From assembly GCA_964480875.1 (NCBI GenBank), contig CAYZRT010000004.1, positions 1-63,913 on the forward strand: DNA of 63,913 bases, written 5' to 3'. The notes under the pieces were generated by a model. It worked only from the letters and a program-made list of their open reading frames with translations, was not told where the DNA came from and searched no databases. The first letter of the stretch is position 1. Each line of letters opens with the position of its first letter. The DNA comes from an uncultured Smithella sp. GTDB taxonomy: Bacteria > Desulfobacterota > Syntrophia > Syntrophales > Smithellaceae. The position numbers and the translations under genes are program-made. Of this stretch, positions 27,064 through 35,577 are shown one piece after another.

Positions 27064-27092
27064 TTGATTAAAATATTAAAAATTTATAGATT
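27064..27092 (+). promoter_or_regulatory. Conserved sigma70-like promoter module, copy 1
   Basis: TTGATT, 17 nt, TAGATT. The AT-rich spacer TTAAAAATTTA is shared with copies at 28088, 45594 and 47131. Confidence 0.45.
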
Positions 27093-27247
27093 ATTTCTAA
27101 AATATGCATTTTATATCTAAGTAGGTGCACGACGGAGTTTCCCGTAATATCTTCCCAAGGCGTTCATCATCAATTGTGCTTGTGATACGTGGCGTAGCTA
27201 AACGAGATGACAATGCGGCTGGGGGGGCAGTTTCCGGACGGCAACAC

Positions 27248-28024
27248 ATGGAGCAAATGGATAAATTAAACAGCCAGTACCGATATTTTGAGGAAGTTCA
27301 CCATGGTCTCATCAAAGAGGTGGGCACCGGGCTGAAAATACTGGACGTGGGCTGCGGTTACGGACAGAACGGGGAGGAAATGATCAAGCGGGGCAATATA
27401 GTGTTTGGTGTTGATATATTGCCCATCGCCATCGAAAAAGCTAAATCACGACTTACATACGCTGCTGTTGCCGATTTCAGCAGGCCGGAAACTATACCGG
27501 AAGCAATAAAACGCGAACAATTCGACCTGGTTGTGTTTTCCGATATACTTGAACATGTTTATGACCCGATGAGTCTTATCCGTAATGCCATTCCCATGAT
27601 GAAGGAGAATGCCATATTGCTTGTCTCCGTACCTAACATTGCGAACTGGCTTAGCCGACTTAAACTTTTTTTCGGACATTGGGAATATACCGTTTCAGGA
27701 GTAATGGATAGGACCCATATCCGCTTTTTTACGTTGAAAAGCGTGAAACAACTCATTCAAACTGCAGGTTTCGATGTCATCCATGTGTCTGCGACGCCAT
27801 ATTTTTTAAGAGCATTCGGCGTACAGGTAAGGAATGTGCTGTTTCCGGACAGCCGGGACTGCAAGCCGTCCGCGCCAGAAGCCCTGGCTTATTCCCCGTA
27901 CTACAAATTTTATCTGAAATATATCTACAACCCGGAAGCGGCCGTTGCAAACCTCTGGAAAAGCATGTTCGCCTACCAACTAGTCATCACTGCGCGGCTG
28001 GTAAATCCTACACCTCGTCAATAG
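27248..28024 (+). CDS. Class I SAM-dependent methyltransferase
   Basis: ILDVGCGYGQNG, FDLVVFSDILEHV and AILLVSVPN. The ORF is open from GTG 27125, but ATG 27248 (MEQMDKL) removes an Arg/Ser-rich N-terminal extension that looks non-native. Confidence 0.75.
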   Translation: MEQMDKLNSQYRYFEEVHHGLIKEVGTGLKILDVGCGYGQNGEEMIKRGNIVFGVDILPIAIEKAKSRLTYAAVADFSRPETIPEAIKREQFDLVVFSDILEHVYDPMSLIRNAIPMMKENAILLVSVPNIANWLSRLKLFFGHWEYTVSGVMDRTHIRFFTLKSVKQLIQTAGFDVIHVSATPYFLRAFGVQVRNVLFPDSRDCKPSAPEALAYSPYYKFYLKYIYNPEAAVANLWKSMFAYQLVITARLVNPTPRQ

Positions 28025-28087
28025 AAACTTATTATGAAAGAAAAGCATGCTCTTATTGAAAATAGCTTTCACAGACAGATTGTTTAT

Positions 28088-28116
28088 TTGTTGAAAACAT
28101 TAAAAGTTTATAGATT
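28088..28116 (+). promoter_or_regulatory. Conserved sigma70-like promoter module, copy 2
   Basis: TTGTTG, 17 nt, TAGATT, with the same spacer core TTAAAAGTTTA. It lies 55 nt upstream of the START-like gene. Confidence 0.45.
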
Positions 28117-28170
28117 ATTATTTACATTCAAAATACAGAACTTTCTAATGATGGAGAATCAGGAGTAAGT

Positions 28171-28857
28171 GTGATGAAATTTTGCAGGCTGATTACATTA
28201 GTAATTTTTATGGTCGTGATGAGTATTCCGTTGTCATGGGCGGAGGACGGGGGGTGGAAAAAAATCGGAGAATCGGATGGCATAATCGGATACACCCGTC
28301 CTACAACCAAAAGCTCTGTTGATGAAATAAAAGCCGTGGGGGTTGTGGATGCATCGGTTGCGGTCATTGAGGCCGTTATGCGAGATATTTCTGTCATGCC
28401 GGAATATGTTTATTTGTGTAAGGAAGCTTTTCTGATGAATACCCCGGATATGAAAAGCGGAGGAGACGTCATCTTTTTTTACAGCCTGACTGATCTGCCT
28501 TTCCCGGCAAGTGATCGTGACGCTGTCGTCAGATCCGTGTGGACGATTGATAGGGCGACAGGTATTGTCTATTGTCATGCGGAAGGGTTAGAAACAACAT
28601 TTGAGCAGAGTCAAGACATCGTGCGAATTCCGCTTTCAATCATGGATTGCACTCTGGTGCCCAGGGGTGAAAACAGGACGGAAGTTATTTATCAGATTCT
28701 GGGACATCCGGGGGGGGAATTACCTTCTTGGTTTGTAAAGATGTTATCAAGGGATTACGGTATTAAGACCATAGCCGGTCTCAGAAAAATAGTGAAGAAA
28801 AATAAATACAAAAATGTAAGAAAAATCGTTACAACAACACCACATGTCAAAAAATGA
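28171..28857 (+). CDS. Secreted START/SRPBCC-like lipid-binding protein
   Basis: The signal peptide is MMKFCRLITLVIFMVVMSIPLSWA/EDGG. GWKKIGESDGIIGYTRP...VGVVDASV...FPASDRDAVV follows the layout typical of START domains. An AGGAG ribosome-binding site precedes ATG 28174. Confidence 0.55.
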   Translation: MMKFCRLITLVIFMVVMSIPLSWAEDGGWKKIGESDGIIGYTRPTTKSSVDEIKAVGVVDASVAVIEAVMRDISVMPEYVYLCKEAFLMNTPDMKSGGDVIFFYSLTDLPFPASDRDAVVRSVWTIDRATGIVYCHAEGLETTFEQSQDIVRIPLSIMDCTLVPRGENRTEVIYQILGHPGGELPSWFVKMLSRDYGIKTIAGLRKIVKKNKYKNVRKIVTTTPHVKK

Positions 28858-28895
28858 TTTTTCAACTATCTTCCTAAATGGACATTTACTCACAG

Positions 28896-29633
28896 TTAGT
28901 TCGAGTCGAATGACGAAAAAATTTCTTCGATGAAGAATTTATTTTCTTTGTCTGAGCAAAAAGGAATGTTCACCATTAAACGTCGCAGCATAGATTCCTT
29001 GCGTCGCATTATTTCACGCCGGCTGGTTTTTCTCAAATCGTTGTCTATCCAGTAAATGTTTGCAGGGTCCGAAGGCATCAGCAAAATATTTTTCAAATGA
29101 AGATCCTTGTGTAAAACATTATGAGAGAACATTAAAGAAATATCCCGGGCTACCATCTTCAGATACGTTAATCTGTCGGTTTCACTTAAAGTACTCATGT
29201 GTTGTGAAATATGAACAGCTTCCGGCAGAAATCCGCAGATGAATAATGAATCAAGGCGGCTGAAGGGATTCAAATTGATGGCGTAGCCTATAGGGTCGGG
29301 ACATTTCAGCCCCATATCCATCATATTATGTGAACTTAAAAATTCACGCTTGCCCTGACAAAACACCAGACGGCGCGTATAATCCGCGGCTTTTTGAGCC
29401 TGAATACGTTTGATCAGAATATCCGGGTTGTTTGATTTTTCCCCGGCAACAAAGAAAAGTTTAGCAAAAGGACTGGTAAACAGAGGTTTCTCCTCGAACA
29501 GTGGCGGATGTAAAGCAGACGTCACAAGCGGCAGAAATTCTCTGTGCACGCGCACCAGCCATATCTGAGGGAAGGGGCGCCTGATAAACCGGAAGAATGT
29601 TTTCATTGACTGTTTATTTGTCTTTAATCTCAT
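28896..29633 (-). CDS. Lipopolysaccharide kinase (Kdo/WaaP/InaA) family protein
   Basis: The kinase catalytic-loop-like motif is HKDLHLKNILL, followed by IYWIDNDL. Confidence 0.65.
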   Translation of the reverse strand: MRLKTNKQSMKTFFRFIRRPFPQIWLVRVHREFLPLVTSALHPPLFEEKPLFTSPFAKLFFVAGEKSNNPDILIKRIQAQKAADYTRRLVFCQGKREFLSSHNMMDMGLKCPDPIGYAINLNPFSRLDSLFICGFLPEAVHISQHMSTLSETDRLTYLKMVARDISLMFSHNVLHKDLHLKNILLMPSDPANIYWIDNDLRKTSRREIMRRKESMLRRLMVNIPFCSDKENKFFIEEIFSSFDSN

Positions 29634-29649
29634 AGAAATTTTATAATGT

Positions 29650-30768
29650 TTATTTCGAATTTGTTCCTGTCTGGTGTTTTTTTACCTGCTGCAGGGCTCT
29701 GGAAATCACCTGATCCATGTTGTAATATTTATATTCGGCCAGACGACCGCCAAAGATAACGTCTTTTTCCCTGTTCTGTGCCTTTTGATAATTGGCCAGT
29801 ATCTTCAAATCCGTCTTTAATCGCACCGGATAATACGGCTCGTGCGGATTATCACACGGATATTCCCTTATTACAACAGTGCCTCTAGACATTCCGGATT
29901 TCTCAGGGTGAAAATGCTTGGGTTCAATGATCCGTGTATAAGGAATCTCCCGATCAGCATAGTTCATGATACTGATTCCCTGAAAATCATCCAGTGTCAT
30001 TTTTTCTTTTTCAAACCGGCAGGATCTCCAGTTTAATTTTCCAAAACGATAATCAAAGTAACGGTCTATCGGACCGGTGTAAACGATTATTTTGGCAAAT
30101 GACTGCCAGTAATCCCGCTTGTCAAAAAAGTCCGTTTTCAGCTTCACGGAGATGCCGGAGAGAAGCTTTTCAAAAATCGGCGTGTAACCACCCACGGGCA
30201 TACCCTGAAAATCATCGTCATAATAGCTGTAGTTGTCGGACGTTCTTACCGGCAGCCTCGTAATAACCTCGGCGGGGAGTTCCCGCGGATCACAACCCCA
30301 TTGTTTTGTTGTATAACCTTTGATAAAGGCCTCGTAAAGATCCCGGCCGATAAGACTTATCGCTTTTTCTTCGAGGTTTGCGGGTTGGGGAATCACTGTT
30401 ATCCTGGATTTTAAAAATTCAGCGGCCTCATCCGGCGTTAAATTCAGGTGATAAAATTTATTGATGGTGGTTAAATGGATAGGAAAGGGGTAAATCTTTC
30501 CCCGGGCGGTTGTCAAAACACGATGCCGGTAATTATTAAAATCGGTGAAGGTATTGACATAGTCCCAGATATTTTTGTCCGGTGTGTGAAAAATATGGGG
30601 TCCGTATTTGTGGATGTTGATGTTGGTTTCAGAATCATCGAAGGAGAAGCAGTTACCGCCGATGTGATCGCGTTTTTCAATGACCAGAACTTTTTTGCCG
30701 GCTTTTTTTACTTCGTAAGCGAAGACAGCTCCAAAAAAACCAGCGCCTACTACCAAGAAATCATACAT
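29650..30768 (-). CDS. glf: UDP-galactopyranose mutase
   Basis: MYDFLVVGAGFFGAVFAYEVKKAGKKVLVIEKRDHIGGNCF closely parallels E. coli Glf as I recall it. C-terminal GGRLAEYKYYNMDQVI. Confidence 0.9.
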   Translation of the reverse strand: MYDFLVVGAGFFGAVFAYEVKKAGKKVLVIEKRDHIGGNCFSFDDSETNINIHKYGPHIFHTPDKNIWDYVNTFTDFNNYRHRVLTTARGKIYPFPIHLTTINKFYHLNLTPDEAAEFLKSRITVIPQPANLEEKAISLIGRDLYEAFIKGYTTKQWGCDPRELPAEVITRLPVRTSDNYSYYDDDFQGMPVGGYTPIFEKLLSGISVKLKTDFFDKRDYWQSFAKIIVYTGPIDRYFDYRFGKLNWRSCRFEKEKMTLDDFQGISIMNYADREIPYTRIIEPKHFHPEKSGMSRGTVVIREYPCDNPHEPYYPVRLKTDLKILANYQKAQNREKDVIFGGRLAEYKYYNMDQVISRALQQVKKHQTGTNSK

Positions 30769-31069
30769 TTTCCGGAGTGTATCCTTTCGTATGTGAAGAA
30801 GTAAACGGTCTCAATACCGGTCAGGCATCAAAGTGGCCAGAATTATATGAAGAATGGTATTCTGTGTCAAAGAAATATTTACCGATGTGTTCCTGACGGA
30901 AAGCTCTTTTGTTGATGTATCATAAGTGGATTTTTGATTTGAATTTTATTAGAAAACAAGCGGATTACTTTTCTGTTAAGAAAACGGCTTTAAAAATCTG
31001 TTTGATTAGTCAGGTCTGATCGTTTTATATATTACTATTCAATGATATTTAAAACTATTAAAGCAGGAA

Positions 31070-31822
31070 ATGAATAAAGACAACTTAATTATATCGGCTG
31101 TCGGAGATAAATCTCTGCATAAAGAATGGATTAAATCCCACTCTGCTTTTGATGTCGTATTAATATATTACGGCAATAACGACGAAATATATTCTGATTA
31201 TAAAAAAGATGCCTTAATCTGTATTGCACAAACCGGCCAGAAATATCATTTAATTAAGATGTTCATTAAGGAAAACTTTGATTTTGTGTTGAAATATAAA
31301 TATGTCTGGTTACCCGACGACGATATTTCCATATCTGCGGATAATCTGAATGACATGTTTAATATAGCGAAAGAGTACAACTTATATATTTGTCAGCCCT
31401 CCGTAATATCTTCGGACGGTAAAGTCGGGCATGAAATAACCAGACCCAGGAAGGGTTTCAAACTAAGATTTACAAATTTTGTAGAGGTTATGATGCCGTT
31501 GTTCAAGGTTGAAACTCTTCTGTCGCTCTACGACGATTTTGATCTTTCCGAATCCAGTTGGGGATTAGATGCATTATGGCCACATCGATTAAATTATCCG
31601 ACAAACAGATTGGCTATCATTGACGAAATATCAGCCCTGCATACCAGATCCGCAGGCTCTGATTATTCGAGATTTAAAATAAGACCGAAAACTGAATTAA
31701 AAAATATCCTGCGAAAATATGATATTTCCTTCAAAACAAAAAATTATTTATTTGTATCGAAAGACAATTCAATAAAGGTTCCATGGTTCAATAGATTTTT
31801 CCGTCTTTACCGTAAAAAATAG
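31070..31822 (+). CDS. Hypothetical protein, DUF707-like
   Basis: 250 aa and AT-rich. The WLPDDDI acidic motif and overall layout resemble DUF707. The family call is from memory only. Confidence 0.45.
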   Translation: MNKDNLIISAVGDKSLHKEWIKSHSAFDVVLIYYGNNDEIYSDYKKDALICIAQTGQKYHLIKMFIKENFDFVLKYKYVWLPDDDISISADNLNDMFNIAKEYNLYICQPSVISSDGKVGHEITRPRKGFKLRFTNFVEVMMPLFKVETLLSLYDDFDLSESSWGLDALWPHRLNYPTNRLAIIDEISALHTRSAGSDYSRFKIRPKTELKNILRKYDISFKTKNYLFVSKDNSIKVPWFNRFFRLYRKK

Positions 31823-31969
31823 AAAAGTATCATTGCGTACATATTCGGGAATGCCTTGCTTTTGATATTCTTTTTACGAGGTTTTGGAGAAGGCAGGCAA
31901 TCTAAAAATAATGTATGTTTTCTTGATCAGTTTATTAAATTTCACTAAAAAAAATTTTCAAAATTTTTC

Positions 31970-32016
31970 TTGACAGAAAGTCATTTTTATTATTTAAACT
32001 GACCAGTCAGTTTAAA
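31970..32016 (+). promoter_or_regulatory. Promoter (TTGACA) plus inverted-repeat operator upstream of the first TetR gene
   Basis: TTGACA lies at 31970-31975. The hyphenated inverted repeat TTTAAACTGAC-ca-GTCAGTTTAAA (perfect 11-nt arms) lies at 31993-32016. Confidence 0.5.
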
Positions 32017-32253
32017 TCGTCGTACATGAATTGCTGGCCGAATCGCATCATGTATGGGGTTGATGACGATGCAGAGAGAAGAGGTTCGATTCGATGAATT
32101 CTTCAAGTCCAGATTGCTACAACGCGTACTTCTTCGGTTATTTTCATAAGTCAACTTGTTGCCATGTCCCCTATGAACTTTTCTTTTTCTACCATTGCTT
32201 CTGCGAGGGTTATTTAGAAAATATTAATGATGATTTTTCCGGAGGTATTGCCT

Positions 32254-33012
32254 ATGCCTAAGATTGTCAATCATGACGAGTACCGTCGGGAACTTCTGAC
32301 AAAATCCTTCAATTTGTTTACCCGTAAAGGGTATACCAATATAACCATGGATGAGATCGCGGCGGAAATCGGCGTATCCAAAGGGATTCTCTATCACTAT
32401 TTCCCCTCCAAGGAAAAAATGCTCGCCCAGATGATTTCGTGGACCGGCTATCAAAACACGGAAGAGTATATCAGGCGGACAAGTTCTGTGGAAAAAGTCC
32501 GTGATCGTTTTGACATGATTGTGGATTACTGGAGAGAAAAGGGCAAACTTTATGAAAGCATCCTGCTGCTGGCGTTTGACATGTACCGCAACGCGGACAT
32601 CGAGCACTGGAAGCCGCTCTATGATCTTTTTGCCGAACGCTATACGGCTGGAATGTCGGAACGACTAAACATTTCGCGGCAGTTTGCTCACTCCATATTC
32701 ATTTATTTTCTTGGCCTTTCTTTCCATTCAGTGGCAACCGGCAGCGACACCAAAGAATACAACAAACAAATAGATTTCCTTGACGTCATATTCAGGCCTC
32801 TCATTGTGGACGCGCCCGAAGATCTGGATAAAGCCGCGCAAAAATTCAAGGACGTGTACAAAACCTTTCTGGCCGATTTGCCGGTTGTCAAAAAAGGCTC
32901 CGTTCAAAAGAAAATAAAAAATACAAAGACAGTAAAAGCTGAAAAAAAGATTAAAAGAGTTGAACCAAAACAAAAAAAATTAATCTCGAATAAATCGAAT
33001 AAAAAACAATAA
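32254..33012 (+). CDS. TetR/AcrR-family transcriptional regulator with a Lys-rich C-terminal tail
   Basis: The HTH region is FTRKGYTNITMDEIAAEIGVSKGILYHYFPSKE. GGAGG lies 8 nt before the ATG. The tail is KKGSVQKKIKNTKTVKAEKKIKRVEPKQKKLISNKSNKKQ. Confidence 0.85.
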   Translation: MPKIVNHDEYRRELLTKSFNLFTRKGYTNITMDEIAAEIGVSKGILYHYFPSKEKMLAQMISWTGYQNTEEYIRRTSSVEKVRDRFDMIVDYWREKGKLYESILLLAFDMYRNADIEHWKPLYDLFAERYTAGMSERLNISRQFAHSIFIYFLGLSFHSVATGSDTKEYNKQIDFLDVIFRPLIVDAPEDLDKAAQKFKDVYKTFLADLPVVKKGSVQKKIKNTKTVKAEKKIKRVEPKQKKLISNKSNKKQ

Positions 33013-33029
33013 CCGGTAAAGGAGGCACC

Positions 33030-34271
33030 ATGAATAAAACACTCGATGAGTTGTTTGTTTACCCGAAAGAGTTGGTGGATGAAGAGTCGAAACGTGTAAT
33101 TCACCTCGTAAGACAATGGGCCGATAAGGAAATCATATCTAAACGTCAGGAGTATCGTGAAAATTACGAAAAGCTCTTTATCGAAACCAGAAAATCGCTC
33201 AATCTTACCATTGGTTTGCAAAGGCTCACTTTGCCGGAAGAACATGGCGGTTTTGGGTGGCATAATCCCGCCAGCACACCGGGTATCGTTTCCGTTCTTA
33301 CCGAAATCGGGCGTGCCGATGCCGCTATCGGCGTCACCTCCGCGATAAAATGCGTAATCTTTGCCGCAACCACTTTATTGCCTCATTTGGACAAAGCCGT
33401 TTGCGATGTACTGGCGCCGATTTACTGCGCCGATGAACTGAAAACCCCGTCCCTCATTCTTCCCGGCATGGGCACGGCCGGCGAGGACACTCCGCTGTTT
33501 TTAGGCAGATCAATTCTGGCCACAGTGGAACCAGATGGGGACGGATACGCGGTCAACGGAAAAAATATGAGGCCTTTAAACAGCGGCGCCGTGGCCGATC
33601 TTTTCTGTGTGGTCTGCGCCGACAAGTTGGGACGCCCCTGTGTCGCTCTGGTTCCCGGCGACGACAGAAATGTCTTGCGCGGCAAAACGCTACTGGAGAC
33701 CGGTCTCAACGCCAGCGCCAACTGCGATGTCAGTTTTAATCATGTCAGAATTCCCAAGTCCTATCTGATTGACCGCGACGGCGTGGTTGAGCAAATTTAC
33801 ACCTGGCTCAACCTGCTGCTCGGCGGCGTGAGCGTCGGCGTGGGAATGAATTTCTTCGAAATCGTCACGGACTGGTCCGAAACCAGAACCATCAAGGGTG
33901 GAACCATGATGAAAGAAAATCCCCTTTGTGCTTCCGTTCTCGCTGACGTGGCCGATGAAGTCTTCACCGCCAGGCTTCTTCTTTACAATCTGGCGCACAT
34001 TATGTCCAAGCCGGATGACTGGGGATACAGCGGGTCCCAGCGGGTTTACACGTTTTCGCAGATCATCGGTTCGCAGGTACAGCAGAAAATTATGCGGGCG
34101 ATTAACAGAGGGTTGGAACTGATGGGTTCCGCCGGTTATTCCAAAGAGTGGCATGTGGAAAAACAATGGCGTGATATCAAAACCATCCAGTCGTACCTTT
34201 GCGGAGTCGGTGCGGAAGCGCCGGTAAAAATGGATACGGCGCGGTTTTTCTTCGACTGCAAGCAGATTTAA
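33030..34271 (+). CDS. Acyl-CoA dehydrogenase family protein (non-canonical)
   Basis: ACAD-like throughout (EEHGGFGW..., WRDIKTIQSYLCG). The position of the MCAD-type YEGT glutamate reads SYLCG. Confidence 0.8.
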   Translation: MNKTLDELFVYPKELVDEESKRVIHLVRQWADKEIISKRQEYRENYEKLFIETRKSLNLTIGLQRLTLPEEHGGFGWHNPASTPGIVSVLTEIGRADAAIGVTSAIKCVIFAATTLLPHLDKAVCDVLAPIYCADELKTPSLILPGMGTAGEDTPLFLGRSILATVEPDGDGYAVNGKNMRPLNSGAVADLFCVVCADKLGRPCVALVPGDDRNVLRGKTLLETGLNASANCDVSFNHVRIPKSYLIDRDGVVEQIYTWLNLLLGGVSVGVGMNFFEIVTDWSETRTIKGGTMMKENPLCASVLADVADEVFTARLLLYNLAHIMSKPDDWGYSGSQRVYTFSQIIGSQVQQKIMRAINRGLELMGSAGYSKEWHVEKQWRDIKTIQSYLCGVGAEAPVKMDTARFFFDCKQI

Positions 34272-34285
34272 TAAGGAGGCCAATA

Positions 34286-35566
34286 ATGAAAAACTTCGAT
34301 GAATTCTCAAAACCGGAAGAATATATATCCCCGATGGATAAACACCTCCGCAGCGCGCTTCGTAACTGGGCAGACAAAGAGGTCATACCCTACCGGCGCA
34401 AATACGATGAAGACTGGAAAAACCATCACTTAATTGAACCGGCCTTCGACAAGCTCATGGGCAACAAGGGGCTGGGCATTCAGAAAGCGCTTTTCCCGCC
34501 GGAACTCGGCGGCTGGGGCATCGGACAGTCGGATTACGCCTTTACCGTGGCCTGCGCGCTGGCGGAAGAGGTCGGCAGGGCGGACACGGCTATGGCGGTC
34601 GCGTTTATGGTCACCTATTGGCCGCTTACGACAATACTTGTAACTCCTCATGTCAATTGGCGGCTGGCCCGGGAATTTGCCCCGATGTTCTGTGAAACCG
34701 AGAAAGCGGTTTTCGCGGCCAACGCCATGACGGAACCGCAGGGTGGAGCGGATATTGAAAATCTGGAAATTACCGGAGGCAAAACCATCCACACGACCGC
34801 CCGCCTCGATGGTGACGAATGGGTAATCAATGGGCACAAACTCTGGCCGACCAACACCGGCGGAGTGGCCAAACTTTTTGTCGTTCCCTGCACAACGAAG
34901 CTGGGCTCTACAGATCCCAACGACTTTGCCATGATATTTGTACCCGCCGATGCCAAAGGCGTAACCCAGGGGGGCCCTTACGAAAAAGCCGGTATGGCCG
35001 CCGACAAAAACGGCGACATCTGGTTTGAAGATGTAAGGGTTCCCAGCTGGTACCGGGCCCACGGACCGGGCATGGACGCGCAGGTCTTCCGCGAAATCAT
35101 TCCCTGGGGGCTGGTGGGAAGCATGGGATTTTTGTGCGGCGCAATGTTGAATCTCTACGAAATTCTCTACGATTTCGTTTCCACCAAAACCTATAAAAAC
35201 AGGCCATTGAAAGAAGACGACTGCGTCGCCGGAATCATCGGCCGCATCGCTGGCGATATCGACGTCTGCCGTATTCTGGCCTATGAAGCCGCCCGCATGG
35301 GCGACCGGCGTAACAAGCCCTATGGCTATCCGATTTATTCCGATGAAGTGGCCTGCAAAATGCGCAACCTCAAGGACTTTGTCTCCGACAGAGCGGTGGA
35401 TATTTTCGGCAAGGCCATGGATGTTCTGGGAACGTACGGCGCCGACCGCGAATACGATATCGAAAAACACTGGCGTGACATCAAAATTATTCAGTTATGG
35501 ATGGGCGGCAAGCAGCTCTGCCAGATGGAAGCAGCCCGGTATTTCTTCAATTGCAAGACATTATAG
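34286..35566 (+). CDS. Acyl-CoA dehydrogenase family protein (non-canonical)
   Basis: ATG 34286 follows AAGGAGG. AMTEPQGGADI is present, and WRDIKIIQLWMGG stands in place of the IYEGT block. Confidence 0.8.
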   Translation: MKNFDEFSKPEEYISPMDKHLRSALRNWADKEVIPYRRKYDEDWKNHHLIEPAFDKLMGNKGLGIQKALFPPELGGWGIGQSDYAFTVACALAEEVGRADTAMAVAFMVTYWPLTTILVTPHVNWRLAREFAPMFCETEKAVFAANAMTEPQGGADIENLEITGGKTIHTTARLDGDEWVINGHKLWPTNTGGVAKLFVVPCTTKLGSTDPNDFAMIFVPADAKGVTQGGPYEKAGMAADKNGDIWFEDVRVPSWYRAHGPGMDAQVFREIIPWGLVGSMGFLCGAMLNLYEILYDFVSTKTYKNRPLKEDDCVAGIIGRIAGDIDVCRILAYEAARMGDRRNKPYGYPIYSDEVACKMRNLKDFVSDRAVDIFGKAMDVLGTYGADREYDIEKHWRDIKIIQLWMGGKQLCQMEAARYFFNCKTL

Positions 35567-35577
35567 GAGACCGAACC

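Noticed and set aside
27125-27247. An N-terminal 41-codon extension of the methyltransferase ORF from GTG 27125.
   Set aside because: The Arg/Ser/Gly-rich extension has no counterpart in methyltransferase folds, and ATG 27248 gives a normal N-terminus. I kept it only as an alternative start.
34430-35470. A 346-aa ORF antisense to the second ACAD-like gene.
   Set aside because: It lies entirely within a gene that has strong family motifs on the other strand. Its Gly/Arg/Pro/His-rich, low-complexity translation is typical of shadow frames in GC-rich coding DNA.
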